Below, in pieces: positions 51,392 to 63,203 of a stretch of 64,000 nt of DNA. Both the position numbers and the translations under genes were made by a program. The DNA comes from an uncultured delta proteobacterium (GTDB lineage: Bacteria; Myxococcota_A; Polyangia; Palsa-1104). The DNA is taken from NCBI GenBank assembly GCA_963785725.1, contig CAWAWS010000007.1, positions 160,001-224,000 of the forward strand, read 5' to 3'. Position 1 is the first letter of the stretch. Each line of letters starts with the position of its first letter. The notes below the pieces were generated by a model. That model had not been told where the DNA came from. It saw only the letters and a program-made list of their open reading frames with translations, and ran no database searches.

Positions 51392-52069
51392 GTGGCGGAG
51401 CTGCAGATCCACCCGCGCATCGAGCAGCAGGGGATAGGGCGCGAGAAGGCACAAGCGGTGTTGGACACGGCGTTGCCGCGTCTGCAGCCGTTCCGCGATC
51501 ACGCCGTGCACAGCATGATCGGCGTGCTCGACTGGGACCATCGGCTGCCGTCGAAGCAGCTGACGCTGCGGCTGCACGTCTGTTACGACGACGCCGGGCG
51601 ACAGCGCTTCGATCAGGCGTTGCAGCGACGGCGCGAAGAGATCCAGCAGCGCGATCTCTTCCCCGAGTTCGACGTGCCCGACTTCGCCGGCTTGCCCGCG
51701 GATGAAGCCTATGACGTCGAGCTCACCGCGCAGCTCGACATCGAGACGATGCGGCTGACGTCGCCGTGGCGTCGCGACGTGCCGGAAGAGGACGCGGCGG
51801 CGGCGATCGAGGCGGTGCGCGTTTCCAGCGTCTTCGCCGACGTCAAAAAGCAGGAGCTGGGCCGGCCGCCGGCGCTCGGCGACTTGGAAGCCGTCGCTTG
51901 GACGCCGCCGTGCGAATCGGGCCAGAAGCGCTGGACGCTCGACGTCTGGTGGCTGACGGCGTTCGACGGGCGGATTGGCCGCGGCTGGTCGTTCCTCGTC
52001 GATCATTCGGCGGCGACGGCGGCCGAGCGCGTCGTGGCGTCGCGGGAGTTTACGGTTCGCGCGGGCTGA
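51392..52069 (+). CDS. Hypothetical protein
   Basis: 225 aa, protein-like composition, follows hisG. Confidence 0.7.
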   Translation: MAELQIHPRIEQQGIGREKAQAVLDTALPRLQPFRDHAVHSMIGVLDWDHRLPSKQLTLRLHVCYDDAGRQRFDQALQRRREEIQQRDLFPEFDVPDFAGLPADEAYDVELTAQLDIETMRLTSPWRRDVPEEDAAAAIEAVRVSSVFADVKKQELGRPPALGDLEAVAWTPPCESGQKRWTLDVWWLTAFDGRIGRGWSFLVDHSAATAAERVVASREFTVRAG

Positions 52070-52332
52070 GCGGGCTTCGCCGCCGCGCGTTGACGAAGCG
52101 GGTTGGCGCGCACGCAACTTTGTCGCGGAAAACGCGATAAAGGGAGGGCGGATGGGGGGAATTACGCCGAGCCCACCATCCTCCGGAATCGATCGTCGGC
52201 CGGAATGATCGACGACCGGAATCGCCAGCCAAAGTCGATCGTCAAGCCGGATCAGCTCGCCGCAACCGCCGCGCGACCGTGACGACTGACGCCCCACTGG
52301 CGCGTGGCATTCACCTTGCCTAACTACCACCC

Positions 52333-54311
52333 GTGCGCATCCGCGACCGGCTCGAACGCGTGGTGGACATTCGGCCCGGCGAAGGCGTCCGCACGATATT
52401 GATGTTTTTTACCGTTTTGCTGCTCATCGCGTCCTACACGATGACCAAAGCCGTACGCGACGCGGTCTTCCTCGAGCACTTCGGCCTCACGCAGCTCAGC
52501 TACATGATGATCGGCATCGCGGTCGTCGCCGGCATCTTCGTCAGCGCCTACAAGCGCCTCACCGCCGGCCGCCCGCGCAGCTTGGTCGCGCTCTTCACCA
52601 ACAGCATCATCGCGCTCACGCTCGTCGCCATGGCCATCGGCCTCGAGCACGACGTGCAGTGGATTTCGTGGGGCCTCTATTTTTGGTCCGCCGTCTTCGG
52701 CCTCGTCCTCGTCGCCGATTTCTGGCTGCTCGCCAACGACCTCTTCGACGCGCGCGAAGCCAAGCGCCTCTTTCCTATCATCGGCTCGGGCGCGATCTTG
52801 GGCGGCTTCTTTGGCGGTGCGCTCGCCGGCTGGCTCGCCAAGCCGCTGGGCGCGCCGCGCCTCTTGTACCTCGTCGCCGCCGCGCTCGTCGGCGCCGCGC
52901 TCTTGTCGAACGTCGCCTGGCGCTATCGCCGCGCCGACGTGCAGCGCGAGGTCAAGAACGCGCCGCGGGCCAAGCTCTCGGACGGCTTCGCCATCTTGCG
53001 CGAGAACCGCTACGTGCAGCTGATCGCGGGAATCCTTTTGTGCATGACGGTCTGCTACACGATCGTGCAGTGGCAATACAAAGGCATCGCCAAGATCCAC
53101 TTTGGCTCGCACCGCGACGACATGACGGCGTTCTTCGGCACCTTTGCCGCCGTCTTGAACTTGGGGACGTTCGTGCTGCAGGTGCTGGGCACGCCGCGGC
53201 TCTTGCGTCGCTGGGGCGTCGGCTTCGGCCTGCGCGTCTTGCCGAGCGGCATCGGCCTGGGCGCGCTCTTGCTCCTGACGACGGCCGTGTTGCCGCTGCC
53301 GATGCTGGCCGCGGCCGCGACGGCGATGCTGCTCTGCGACGGCTTCCGCTTCTCCGTCGACAAAGCGTCGACCGAGCTGCTCTACCTGCCGATCTCGCGC
53401 GCCGTGAAAGATCGCGCCAAGCCGTTCATCGACACCTTCGTCGACCGCTTTGCCGGCGCGCTGGCGAGCTTTCTGTGGCTGTTCTTGACGTTCGTGTTCC
53501 ACATCGATCGCCCCGATCGCATCGTGTTCGCGTCGCTGTTGACCTTGGCGGTAGCCGCGGTGTGGATGGTGCTCGTCGGCCACGCGCGTAAAGCCTACGT
53601 CGCGGCCTATCGCGAGATGCTGGCGATGTCGCAAAAGGACGCGCCGCTGCCGGCGATCGCGCCGGCGCACGTGGATCGGCGGCTGCAGGAGCGCGTCATC
53701 GCCGAAGTCGGCAAGCTGACGACGAACGACGCGGACGACGACAAGCGGCTGCAGGCGATCGCGCGCCTGGCGCGCAAGACGCCCGATCTGGCGCTGCCCG
53801 TCGCGCCGCTCGTGCCGGCGCTGCTGCGCGAGGCCGAGCTGGTCCAGCGGCTGGCGCTGGCGCTGCAAGCGGCGACGGCAAATTCGGACGCGACGAAGCA
53901 GCCGAAGTCGCTGTTGGCGAGCCTGCTGCAGGTGCGGCTGCGCGTGGCCTTGCGTCGGCTGTTCGATCTGTTGGCGCTGTCGTATCCGGCCGGCGACGTG
54001 CGCGCGGCCGAGGCGGCGATCGTGGCCGAGTCCAACGCGGCGCGCGCCGGCGCCCTCGAGCTGCTCGATAACGTCATTCGCGGCGCGCATCGGCGTCCGC
54101 TGCTCGACGCGCTGGAGTCGGTCGTGCTGCCGCGGCGCGGCCCGGCGCCCGATCGTGCGGCGACGCTGGCGGCGCTGTTCGATCTGCACGAACCGGCGCT
54201 GCGTCGCGAGCTGACGAGAGCCGCGCGCGCCGAAGGCGTCGCCATCGCCGACGTCAGCGAGCCCGAGGAAGAGGCCGCCGTCGCCGACGCCGAGGGCGCG
54301 CCGGCGGTGGT

Positions 54312-54315
<4 letters not shown>
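52333..54315 (+). CDS. NTT/TLC-like (Npt1/Npt2) MFS transporter with helical C-terminal extension
   Basis: KAVRDAVFL, FWLLANDLFDAREAKRLF, ELLYLPI...AKPFIDT; RAGALELLDN HEAT-like motif. Confidence 0.82.
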
Positions 54316-56364
<2,049 letters not shown>

Positions 56365-56472
56365 GGCGTGCTTGTAATATAGGACGGGCGGGTTGTCACT
56401 GCCCTCGAAAATGGGGCCGATTCCCGCGTGCGAAACGGGTTGCGCGGCGCCGCGGCCGGTCTTAGCGCGGGG

Positions 56473-57588
56473 TCAGCTGGCGGTCTCGGCCGGCGCGTCA
56501 ATCGCGTCCGGCTCTTTCTTGACCGCGCGCTTCTTCTTGGCCGGCGATTTCTCGGGCCGCTTCGGCTTGTCGAACGGCTCCAGCTTCACCGGCCGCCCCT
56601 CGTCGATGCTGCGATAGAGCGCGCGAATGATGCGCACGTCGGCGAGCCCTTCGGCGCCCGACGGCGCCGGCTCCTTGCCGTCGATGATGCAGCCCGAGAA
56701 GTAGGCGATCTCGGTCGCGATCTGATCGCAGGCCTTGAACTTCTTGCGCTTGGTCTTGTTGCCGATGGTGACTTCCTGCCGCCGCTCGCCACGATACTCG
56801 TAGGCGGGATCGAGCGTGAGCGAGCCTTTGGTGCCGATGATCTGGTACCAGCCCGTCGACGCGGCGCCGAAGCTGACCGAGAAGCTCGCCAGTCGATCGC
56901 CGGGAAAACGCAGCGCGGCCACGAGCTGCTCTTCGACGCCGGTGAAGCGCGCGTCGCCGGGTTTCGTGCCGGCCATGCCGATGACTTCGGTCGGCTCCTC
57001 GCCGAAGATGTAGCGGGCGGCGTTGATGCAGTAGATGCCGATGTCGTAGAGCGCGCCGCCGCCTTCCTGACGCGGATTGAGACGCACGTTGTTCTCGGCG
57101 ACTTGCATCGTGAACGCGCTGTGGAAGATGCGCGGCTCGCCCAACTTCTCGCGGCGCACGAGGTCGACGGCGCGCAAGTTGGACTCCTCGAAGTGCAAGC
57201 GATAGGCGACCATGAGCTTGGCGCCGCCGTTGTTGCAAGCGGCGGTCATGGCGTCGCAGTCTTCCTCGGTGACCGCCATCGGCTTCTCGACGAGCACGTG
57301 GATGCCGTGTTTGGCGGCGCGCTCGGCGAATTCGCGATGTTTGTGGTTGGGCACGACGAGGTAGACGGCGTCGATGTCGCCCGAGGCGCACAAGTCGTCG
57401 AAGCCGTCGTAGCCGAGCGTGCGCTGAACGCCGTAGGTCTTGGCCAGCTTCTTCAGCTTGCGTTCGTCGCCGGAGACGAGCGCCGTCAGCTCCGAGCTCT
57501 TCTTGGCGTGCGCGAACGCGGGCAGCACGGCCGCCTGCGCGAAGTGGCCCTGCCCGACGACCGCGTAGCGGATTTTGCGTTTGGCCAT
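56473..57588 (-). CDS. Gfo/Idh/MocA family oxidoreductase
   Basis: YAVVGQG, HVLVEKPMA, GGGALYDIGIYC. Confidence 0.92.
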   Translation of the reverse strand: MAKRKIRYAVVGQGHFAQAAVLPAFAHAKKSSELTALVSGDERKLKKLAKTYGVQRTLGYDGFDDLCASGDIDAVYLVVPNHKHREFAERAAKHGIHVLVEKPMAVTEEDCDAMTAACNNGGAKLMVAYRLHFEESNLRAVDLVRREKLGEPRIFHSAFTMQVAENNVRLNPRQEGGGALYDIGIYCINAARYIFGEEPTEVIGMAGTKPGDARFTGVEEQLVAALRFPGDRLASFSVSFGAASTGWYQIIGTKGSLTLDPAYEYRGERRQEVTIGNKTKRKKFKACDQIATEIAYFSGCIIDGKEPAPSGAEGLADVRIIRALYRSIDEGRPVKLEPFDKPKRPEKSPAKKKRAVKKEPDAIDAPAETAS

Positions 57589-57784
57589 GCGCGCATCGTA
57601 CGCCGGGGCGCGTGGGGCGCAAGGCGAGAACTGGCGGGCGCGCCTCCGTGACGATACGGTGTTGATGCACGTGCGCGGCGGGAACACAAGGCTGTCTTCA
57701 ATCGTCACACCTGCCCGCTACCGAAAATAGTTTACGGGAAGGTCACTTCGTGACTAAGATATGCAACCGTTCGGGGAGGTGACC

Positions 57785-58213
57785 ATGAAGTCTGTGCTTG
57801 GATTAGTAGTGGCAATGATGCTGGTAGCGCCGGGTTGCGGCGACGACACGACGTCGACGACGTCGAACTTCGACTTGTCGGCTACGCCGGACTTGACGGC
57901 GCCGGTGGCCGGCAAGGACATGACGCCGGTCAAGGCGACGACCTGTGCCGGAGCACTGGGCTGCGTGAGTCAGGGCTGCCTCACGCTCGGCAGCGAGGCG
58001 GCTGACGCGGCGTGCGGCCAGGAGTGCGCGTCGGCCCTCACGGGCGCTGAAGCGGCCGAGTTCAACGCGTTGTTTGAGTGCGTCGTGACGAATGCTGTCT
58101 CGCCCGGAGACGGCGGCAGCACGGTGTTTGACCCGAGCAAGGTCACAATGGTGCTGGCGGGCGCATGCAAGTTGCAATACCTGAACTGCATGGGTGTCGG
58201 CCTCGACCAGTAA
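57785..58213 (+). CDS. Small Cys-rich lipoprotein
   Basis: SD GGAGG; lipobox APGC; CxxxxxCxxxC...CxxxC helical Cys pattern. Confidence 0.78.
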   Translation: MKSVLGLVVAMMLVAPGCGDDTTSTTSNFDLSATPDLTAPVAGKDMTPVKATTCAGALGCVSQGCLTLGSEAADAACGQECASALTGAEAAEFNALFECVVTNAVSPGDGGSTVFDPSKVTMVLAGACKLQYLNCMGVGLDQ

Positions 58214-58237
58214 GTTCTCGCCACTCGGCGGGGTATG

Positions 58238-58272
58238 GGCGGCGTCTCAGCGAGGCGCCGCCTTTTCTTTTT
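58238..58272 (+). terminator. Rho-independent terminator
   Basis: GGCGGCGTCTC-AGC-GAGGCGCCGCC followed by TTTTCTTTTT. Confidence 0.85.
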
Positions 58273-58287
58273 GTGGTAAGAGGATCC

Positions 58288-58902
58288 ATGCGTACGGCGT
58301 TGGTGGCAGTTGTCTTGTTGTGGGTGCGGCTGGCGGTGGCGAGCCCTGACGATCCCAAGGTCAAAGCGAAGGCGCTCTTCGAGTCGGGAACGGCGCACTA
58401 TAACCTGACGGAATACAAAGAGGCGCTGGCAGACTTCAAGGGCGCCTATCGCCTGTTTCGCGAGCCGACGTTCCTCTTCAACATCGCGCAGTGCGAGCGC
58501 CAGATGGGCGACTTCGCGACGGCGGCGAGCCAGTATCGCGCGTATCGTCGCGAGTCAGCGAACGCGCCCAACCGCACCAACGTCGATGAGCTCATCACCG
58601 AGATGGACAAGCAGGCGGCGCTCCACGTCCACGCCGAATCGCAACCGGCCAAGCCAGTCGTCGTCGAACCGAATCTGGCTCCGACCATACCGCCGCCGGT
58701 GACCACGGCTGCGCCGAGCGAAAGCGCACCGATCTTGATCGCGACCTCGCCGCCGCCACGCAAGCCGATCACGAAGAAGGCTTGGTTCTGGGCGACCGTC
58801 GCCGGTGCCGCCGTTGTCGTTGGTGCCGGCGTCGCTCTGGCCGTCGTGTTCTCCGAGTCTCATGCGCCCACCGCGTCGGTGGGCAGGATCAACGGAAACT
58901 AA
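58288..58902 (+). CDS. Exported TPR protein with Pro-rich linker and C-terminal membrane anchor
   Basis: Signal peptide, FLFNIAQCERQMG...YRAYR, KKAWFW plus hydrophobic helix; TAATG overlap with next gene. Confidence 0.85.
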   Translation: MRTALVAVVLLWVRLAVASPDDPKVKAKALFESGTAHYNLTEYKEALADFKGAYRLFREPTFLFNIAQCERQMGDFATAASQYRAYRRESANAPNRTNVDELITEMDKQAALHVHAESQPAKPVVVEPNLAPTIPPPVTTAAPSESAPILIATSPPPRKPITKKAWFWATVAGAAVVVGAGVALAVVFSESHAPTASVGRINGN

Positions 58903-60713
58903 TGCGTATCGCTGGATTGCTGCTGTTGTCGTCGCTGGCGGTTGGATGCGGCGGGCCCGCTTGTCGCGATCACACGCTGCTCCTGAGCTTCTCTTTGGCG
59001 AGCGGCGTGAGTGCCGACGCACTGTCGATCACGGTCGACGTAGCGGGTAGCGCCAAGGTTTCGCCGCTCGCCCTCAAGAGCGGCACGACCAACGGCACCA
59101 TCGAGATCGACTTTCCTGGCGGCTATCCGAGCGGCAGCGCTGTCGACGTGAGCATCAGTGCGACGTCTGGCGGCGTCCAGACGGGCACTGGCAGCAAGTC
59201 GGTCACAGCCACCGGAAGCTGCCAGAAGCTGTCGATTACGATCTCAGCAGGTCAACCGAGTAACGCGCAGGATATGACCCTCGCGGCGGCGGACATGTCG
59301 CCGGTCGCCAACAAGCATCAAGGCGACGCTTGCGGTCCGACCGACGTCTGCGACACCGGCAAGTGCATCGATGGCTACTGCTGCAACGATACGTGCGGCG
59401 GGCAATGCCAAGCTTGCGACGTCGTCGGCAAGCTCGGCATGTGCACGACGACCACGGACGGAATTCCGCACGGCAGTCGTACCGCGTGCACGGGCAGCGG
59501 CACTTGCGGCGGCGCCTGCACGGGCGCGTCGGCGACGGTCTGCACGTACCCGACGACTACCGTCATCTGTGGCGCGGCGTGCGATGGCCACTGCGACGGC
59601 GCCGGCGGCTGCAGCTCGACCGCCGGCGGCATGTGCCCCAACGGTTTCGCTTGCGGCGCGAGTGGCTGCGACACAACGTGCGCGACCGACGGCGATTGCC
59701 AGCCCAACTTCCATTGCGCCGCACCGAGCTGCGTGCGTGATGTCGAGAGCGACTGCCTCGATGGCAAGGACAACAACGGCGACGGCTTGGCCGACTGCCA
59801 GGATCCGACTTGCACTTCAATGGTGCAATGTGTCCCAGGCGCTCCCGCCGGTGACGAGCTCGGAATTGAGCAGGCGGCAGGGTCGACATGCCCGACCACA
59901 TTTGGCCTATCGGAAGCGCAAAACCAAGGTCTCAATGCCCCGGCCTGTGATACGAGCGGCTGCGGTTGCAACGCCTATGTCACTTGCGACGTGTCCTTGG
60001 CGATCACGAGCAGCACTTCCTGCTCGCCTCGAACCACGCTTGCTACTCAACGCATCGAGCAGCGAGTCGGAGCTTCCAACACCGAAGCACCTACGGTTGC
60101 ACCATGTGCCACGATTCAAACGACCGCAACGAACGGCTTCTTCTTGAACTCGAATAACTATGTCAGCGCTCGGTGCACGGCGACGGGGACCAAATCACCG
60201 ACGGCACCTTCCTGGACGGGCAGCGAGACCTTCTGTGCAACGAACCGAACGTCCGCTACTTGCGCTTCATCTGCGCAAGTTTGCGCGGCGATTCCGCCGG
60301 CCGCGTCTCCCATTTGTGTGCGTGTTCCTTCGGCTGCCGCGAGCTGCCCGGCCGGATATACGACGGGCAAAAGCGCGACGTGGTACGCGAGCTATATGGA
60401 TAGTCGCGCGTGCACGTGTGACTGCGATGCCCCGACGAACGGCGCGTGCGGACCGTATGTCGATAACGCCTTCTACAGCGGCAGCACTTGCCCTATCCCG
60501 ACAACTGGCCCCCAGGGATCCTGTGCACTCGAGGTCGGGATGTGTGACGTTACGGGTGGCGAGTACGCCTGGGGATTTTGTATTTTGTCGAGTAACGAAT
60601 CTGTGAGCGCTGTTGCCGTCACTGCGGCAGACGTGTCGGGAACCTGCAACACGAAGGTCGATAACAGCGGTACGGCGACGCCGACTGAAGGGTCGACGAT
60701 CTGCTGCCAATAG
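58902..60713 (+). CDS. Cys-rich lipoprotein with beta-rich N-domain
   Basis: Lipobox AVGC; CIDGYCCNDTC...CQAC; CLDGKDNNGDGLADC Ca-binding-like motif. Confidence 0.82.
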   Translation: MRIAGLLLLSSLAVGCGGPACRDHTLLLSFSLASGVSADALSITVDVAGSAKVSPLALKSGTTNGTIEIDFPGGYPSGSAVDVSISATSGGVQTGTGSKSVTATGSCQKLSITISAGQPSNAQDMTLAAADMSPVANKHQGDACGPTDVCDTGKCIDGYCCNDTCGGQCQACDVVGKLGMCTTTTDGIPHGSRTACTGSGTCGGACTGASATVCTYPTTTVICGAACDGHCDGAGGCSSTAGGMCPNGFACGASGCDTTCATDGDCQPNFHCAAPSCVRDVESDCLDGKDNNGDGLADCQDPTCTSMVQCVPGAPAGDELGIEQAAGSTCPTTFGLSEAQNQGLNAPACDTSGCGCNAYVTCDVSLAITSSTSCSPRTTLATQRIEQRVGASNTEAPTVAPCATIQTTATNGFFLNSNNYVSARCTATGTKSPTAPSWTGSETFCATNRTSATCASSAQVCAAIPPAASPICVRVPSAAASCPAGYTTGKSATWYASYMDSRACTCDCDAPTNGACGPYVDNAFYSGSTCPIPTTGPQGSCALEVGMCDVTGGEYAWGFCILSSNESVSAVAVTAADVSGTCNTKVDNSGTATPTEGSTICCQ

Positions 60714-60759
60714 GGGTCTCGGGGTGATTCGCGGCGGCGGCGCATGGCCGTCGCTGCTG

Positions 60760-61911
60760 CTACTGATGCACGCCGCCCAGCTTCTGCCGCGGCAGCGCGG
60801 CCAATTCCCGCAGCTGCTCCTCCAGATGCGCCGGCACCTCCGCGAACACATCCTCGACGAGCGTCCGCAGCTCGGGCGCGCCCACGCGCTCCTCCTGCGC
60901 CACCGCGTCGCGCACTTCGCCGTCGAGCTCCGCGCGTAACGCCGCGTCGGCCGCTTCGTCGAGCAGCCCCTCGGCCATGAGCCACGTTCGGAAGCGCACG
61001 ATCGGATCGCGCGCCCGCCACTGCTCGGTCACGCGCTCATCGCGATAACGCGACGGATCGTCCGACGACGAATGCGCCGACACGCGATACGTCAGCGCCT
61101 CGACCAGCGTCGGCCCTTCGCCGCGCCGCGCCCGCGCCACCGCGTCACGCACCGTCGAATACACGGCCAACACGTCATTGCCGTCGCAGCGCACGCCGCG
61201 GAAGCCGTAGGCCAACGCCTTGACCGCCATCGTCGGCGCCGCCGTCTGCACCGCGACCGGCGTCGAGATCGCCCACTGGTTGTTCTGACAGAAGAACACC
61301 ACCGGCGCCTGATACACGCCCGCGAAGTTGGCCGCGACGTGGAAGTCCTCCTCGCTCGTCGCGCCGTCGCCGAGGCAGCCGAGCACGACCGCGTCGTCGC
61401 CGCGCAGCTTGGCCGCCATCGCCATGCCGACCGCGTGCGGCAGCTGCGACGCGATGCACGACGACATCGTCACGTACTTCGCGTCGCGCGTGCCCGGATG
61501 ACACGGCAGCTGCCGCCCTTTGGCGACGTCGTCGGCGTTGCCGTAAATCTGCGCCACGTAGCTGCGCAGCGGCAGCCCGCGATAGATCGCCGCGCCCGCC
61601 TCCCGCAACGCCGGCACGATCCAATCGTTCGGCCCGAGCGCCGCCGCTGCGCCGACGACCGCCGCTTCCTGCCCGCGCGCCTCGCCGTAAAAGCCGATGC
61701 GCCCTTGACGCTGCAGCGCCAACAGCCGCTCGTCCATGATGCGGATGAGCTGCATGCCGCGATAAATCCGCCGCCACTCCGCCGCCGACAGCTGCGGCAC
61801 GCGACCCGCCTGCGCCACGCCGCGCTCGTCGAGCACTTGAAACAGCGTCAGCTCGCTCGCGTCCGCCGGCACGTCGGCGATCTGCCCGCGCATGCGCGTC
61901 GGGTCGGCCAT
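60760..61911 (-). CDS. 2-oxoacid dehydrogenase E1 alpha subunit
   Basis: LQRQGRIGFY, GQEA, GDGATSE...NNQWAIS TPP motif, YRVSAHSSSDD. Confidence 0.93.
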   Translation of the reverse strand: MADPTRMRGQIADVPADASELTLFQVLDERGVAQAGRVPQLSAAEWRRIYRGMQLIRIMDERLLALQRQGRIGFYGEARGQEAAVVGAAAALGPNDWIVPALREAGAAIYRGLPLRSYVAQIYGNADDVAKGRQLPCHPGTRDAKYVTMSSCIASQLPHAVGMAMAAKLRGDDAVVLGCLGDGATSEEDFHVAANFAGVYQAPVVFFCQNNQWAISTPVAVQTAAPTMAVKALAYGFRGVRCDGNDVLAVYSTVRDAVARARRGEGPTLVEALTYRVSAHSSSDDPSRYRDERVTEQWRARDPIVRFRTWLMAEGLLDEAADAALRAELDGEVRDAVAQEERVGAPELRTLVEDVFAEVPAHLEEQLRELAALPRQKLGGVHQ

Positions 61912-61916
61912 GACGG

Positions 61917-63191
61917 CTAGACCATCTCCATGAACATCAGCGTCGGATCTTCGAGCAGCGAGATGACGTGCACGAGGAACTGCGCGCCTTCGTAGCCGTC
62001 GACGATCCGATGATCGAGCGAGATCGACAGGTTCATGATGTCGCGAATCACGATCTGCCCATCGCGCACGACCGGCGTCGGCTTGATCTTGTGCACGCCG
62101 AGGATCGCCACTTCCGGGAAGTTGATGATCGGCGTCGCCAACACGCCGCCGAGCGTTCCCAGCGACGAGATCGTGAACGTCGAGCCGGTCAGATCGTCGC
62201 GCGTCGCCTTGCCCGTCTTCGACTTCTCGTTCAGCTCGTCGAGCGTGCGCGCGATATCGAACAGCGAGCGCTGATCGGCATCCTTGACGACCGGCACGAT
62301 GAGCCCTTCGGCCGTCGCCGCCGCCACGCCCACGTGGTAGCGCTTGCGCAGCACGATCTCCTGCTTGGCCTCGTCGAGCGTCGAGTTGACGATGGGGAAC
62401 TTCTTGAGCCCCGCGCACACCGCCTTGATGATGAACGGCAGGAACGACAGCTTGATGCCGCGCTCTTCGGCCCGCGCTTTAGCCCGCTTGCGCAGCGCCG
62501 TCAGCTCGGTCACGTCGCACTCTTCGACGTAGGTGAAGTGCGCCGCCGTCTGCCGCGAGCGATGCATGTTCTCGGCGATCTTCTTGCGCACGCCGCGGAA
62601 GGGCACGCGCTCGTCGGCCGCATCCGCGTGCGTCGCGATCGGCTGATACGCGCGCGCCGTCGCCACGGCCGGAGCCGTCGCGTGCGTCGTCGTCGTCGCG
62701 CCGCCGTTGCCGGCGAGCCGCACGTCTTCGTGGGTCACGCGGCCGTTCGGCCCGGTGGCGTTCACCGTCGACAAATCGACGCCCAAGTCGCGCGCCAGCT
62801 TGCGCGTCGCCGGCGTCGCCAACACTTTGCCGCCGGCCGGTCGCGCCGGCATGCTGATGACGTTCGACGACTGCGCCGGCGCCGCATGCGCGGTGGCAAC
62901 GACCGGCGCGGCGTGCGGCGCCGCGGCCTTCGCCGGCGCCGCTGCCGTCGCCGACGCCGTCTCCTCGATGACGAGCATGACCGCGCCCACCGCGCAGATC
63001 TTGCCCTCTTCGGCGCGAATTTCCCGGACGATGCCCGCTTTCGGCGACGGAATTTCGACCGTCGCTTTGTCGGTCATGACCTCCACCATCGGCTGATCTT
63101 CGCGCACGTGATCACCGGGCTTGACGTGCCACTTGACCACTTCGCCTTCGACGACGCCTTCGCCGATGTCGGGGAGCCGAAACTCGAACAT
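61917..63191 (-). CDS. 2-oxoacid dehydrogenase E2 dihydrolipoamide acyltransferase
   Basis: Lipoyl TDKA, E3-binding ATPATRKLA...TGPNGRV, catalytic DHRIVDG. Confidence 0.95.
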   Translation of the reverse strand: MFEFRLPDIGEGVVEGEVVKWHVKPGDHVREDQPMVEVMTDKATVEIPSPKAGIVREIRAEEGKICAVGAVMLVIEETASATAAAPAKAAAPHAAPVVATAHAAPAQSSNVISMPARPAGGKVLATPATRKLARDLGVDLSTVNATGPNGRVTHEDVRLAGNGGATTTTHATAPAVATARAYQPIATHADAADERVPFRGVRKKIAENMHRSRQTAAHFTYVEECDVTELTALRKRAKARAEERGIKLSFLPFIIKAVCAGLKKFPIVNSTLDEAKQEIVLRKRYHVGVAAATAEGLIVPVVKDADQRSLFDIARTLDELNEKSKTGKATRDDLTGSTFTISSLGTLGGVLATPIINFPEVAILGVHKIKPTPVVRDGQIVIRDIMNLSISLDHRIVDGYEGAQFLVHVISLLEDPTLMFMEMV

Positions 63192-63203
63192 GGTTACCTC
63201 TGA

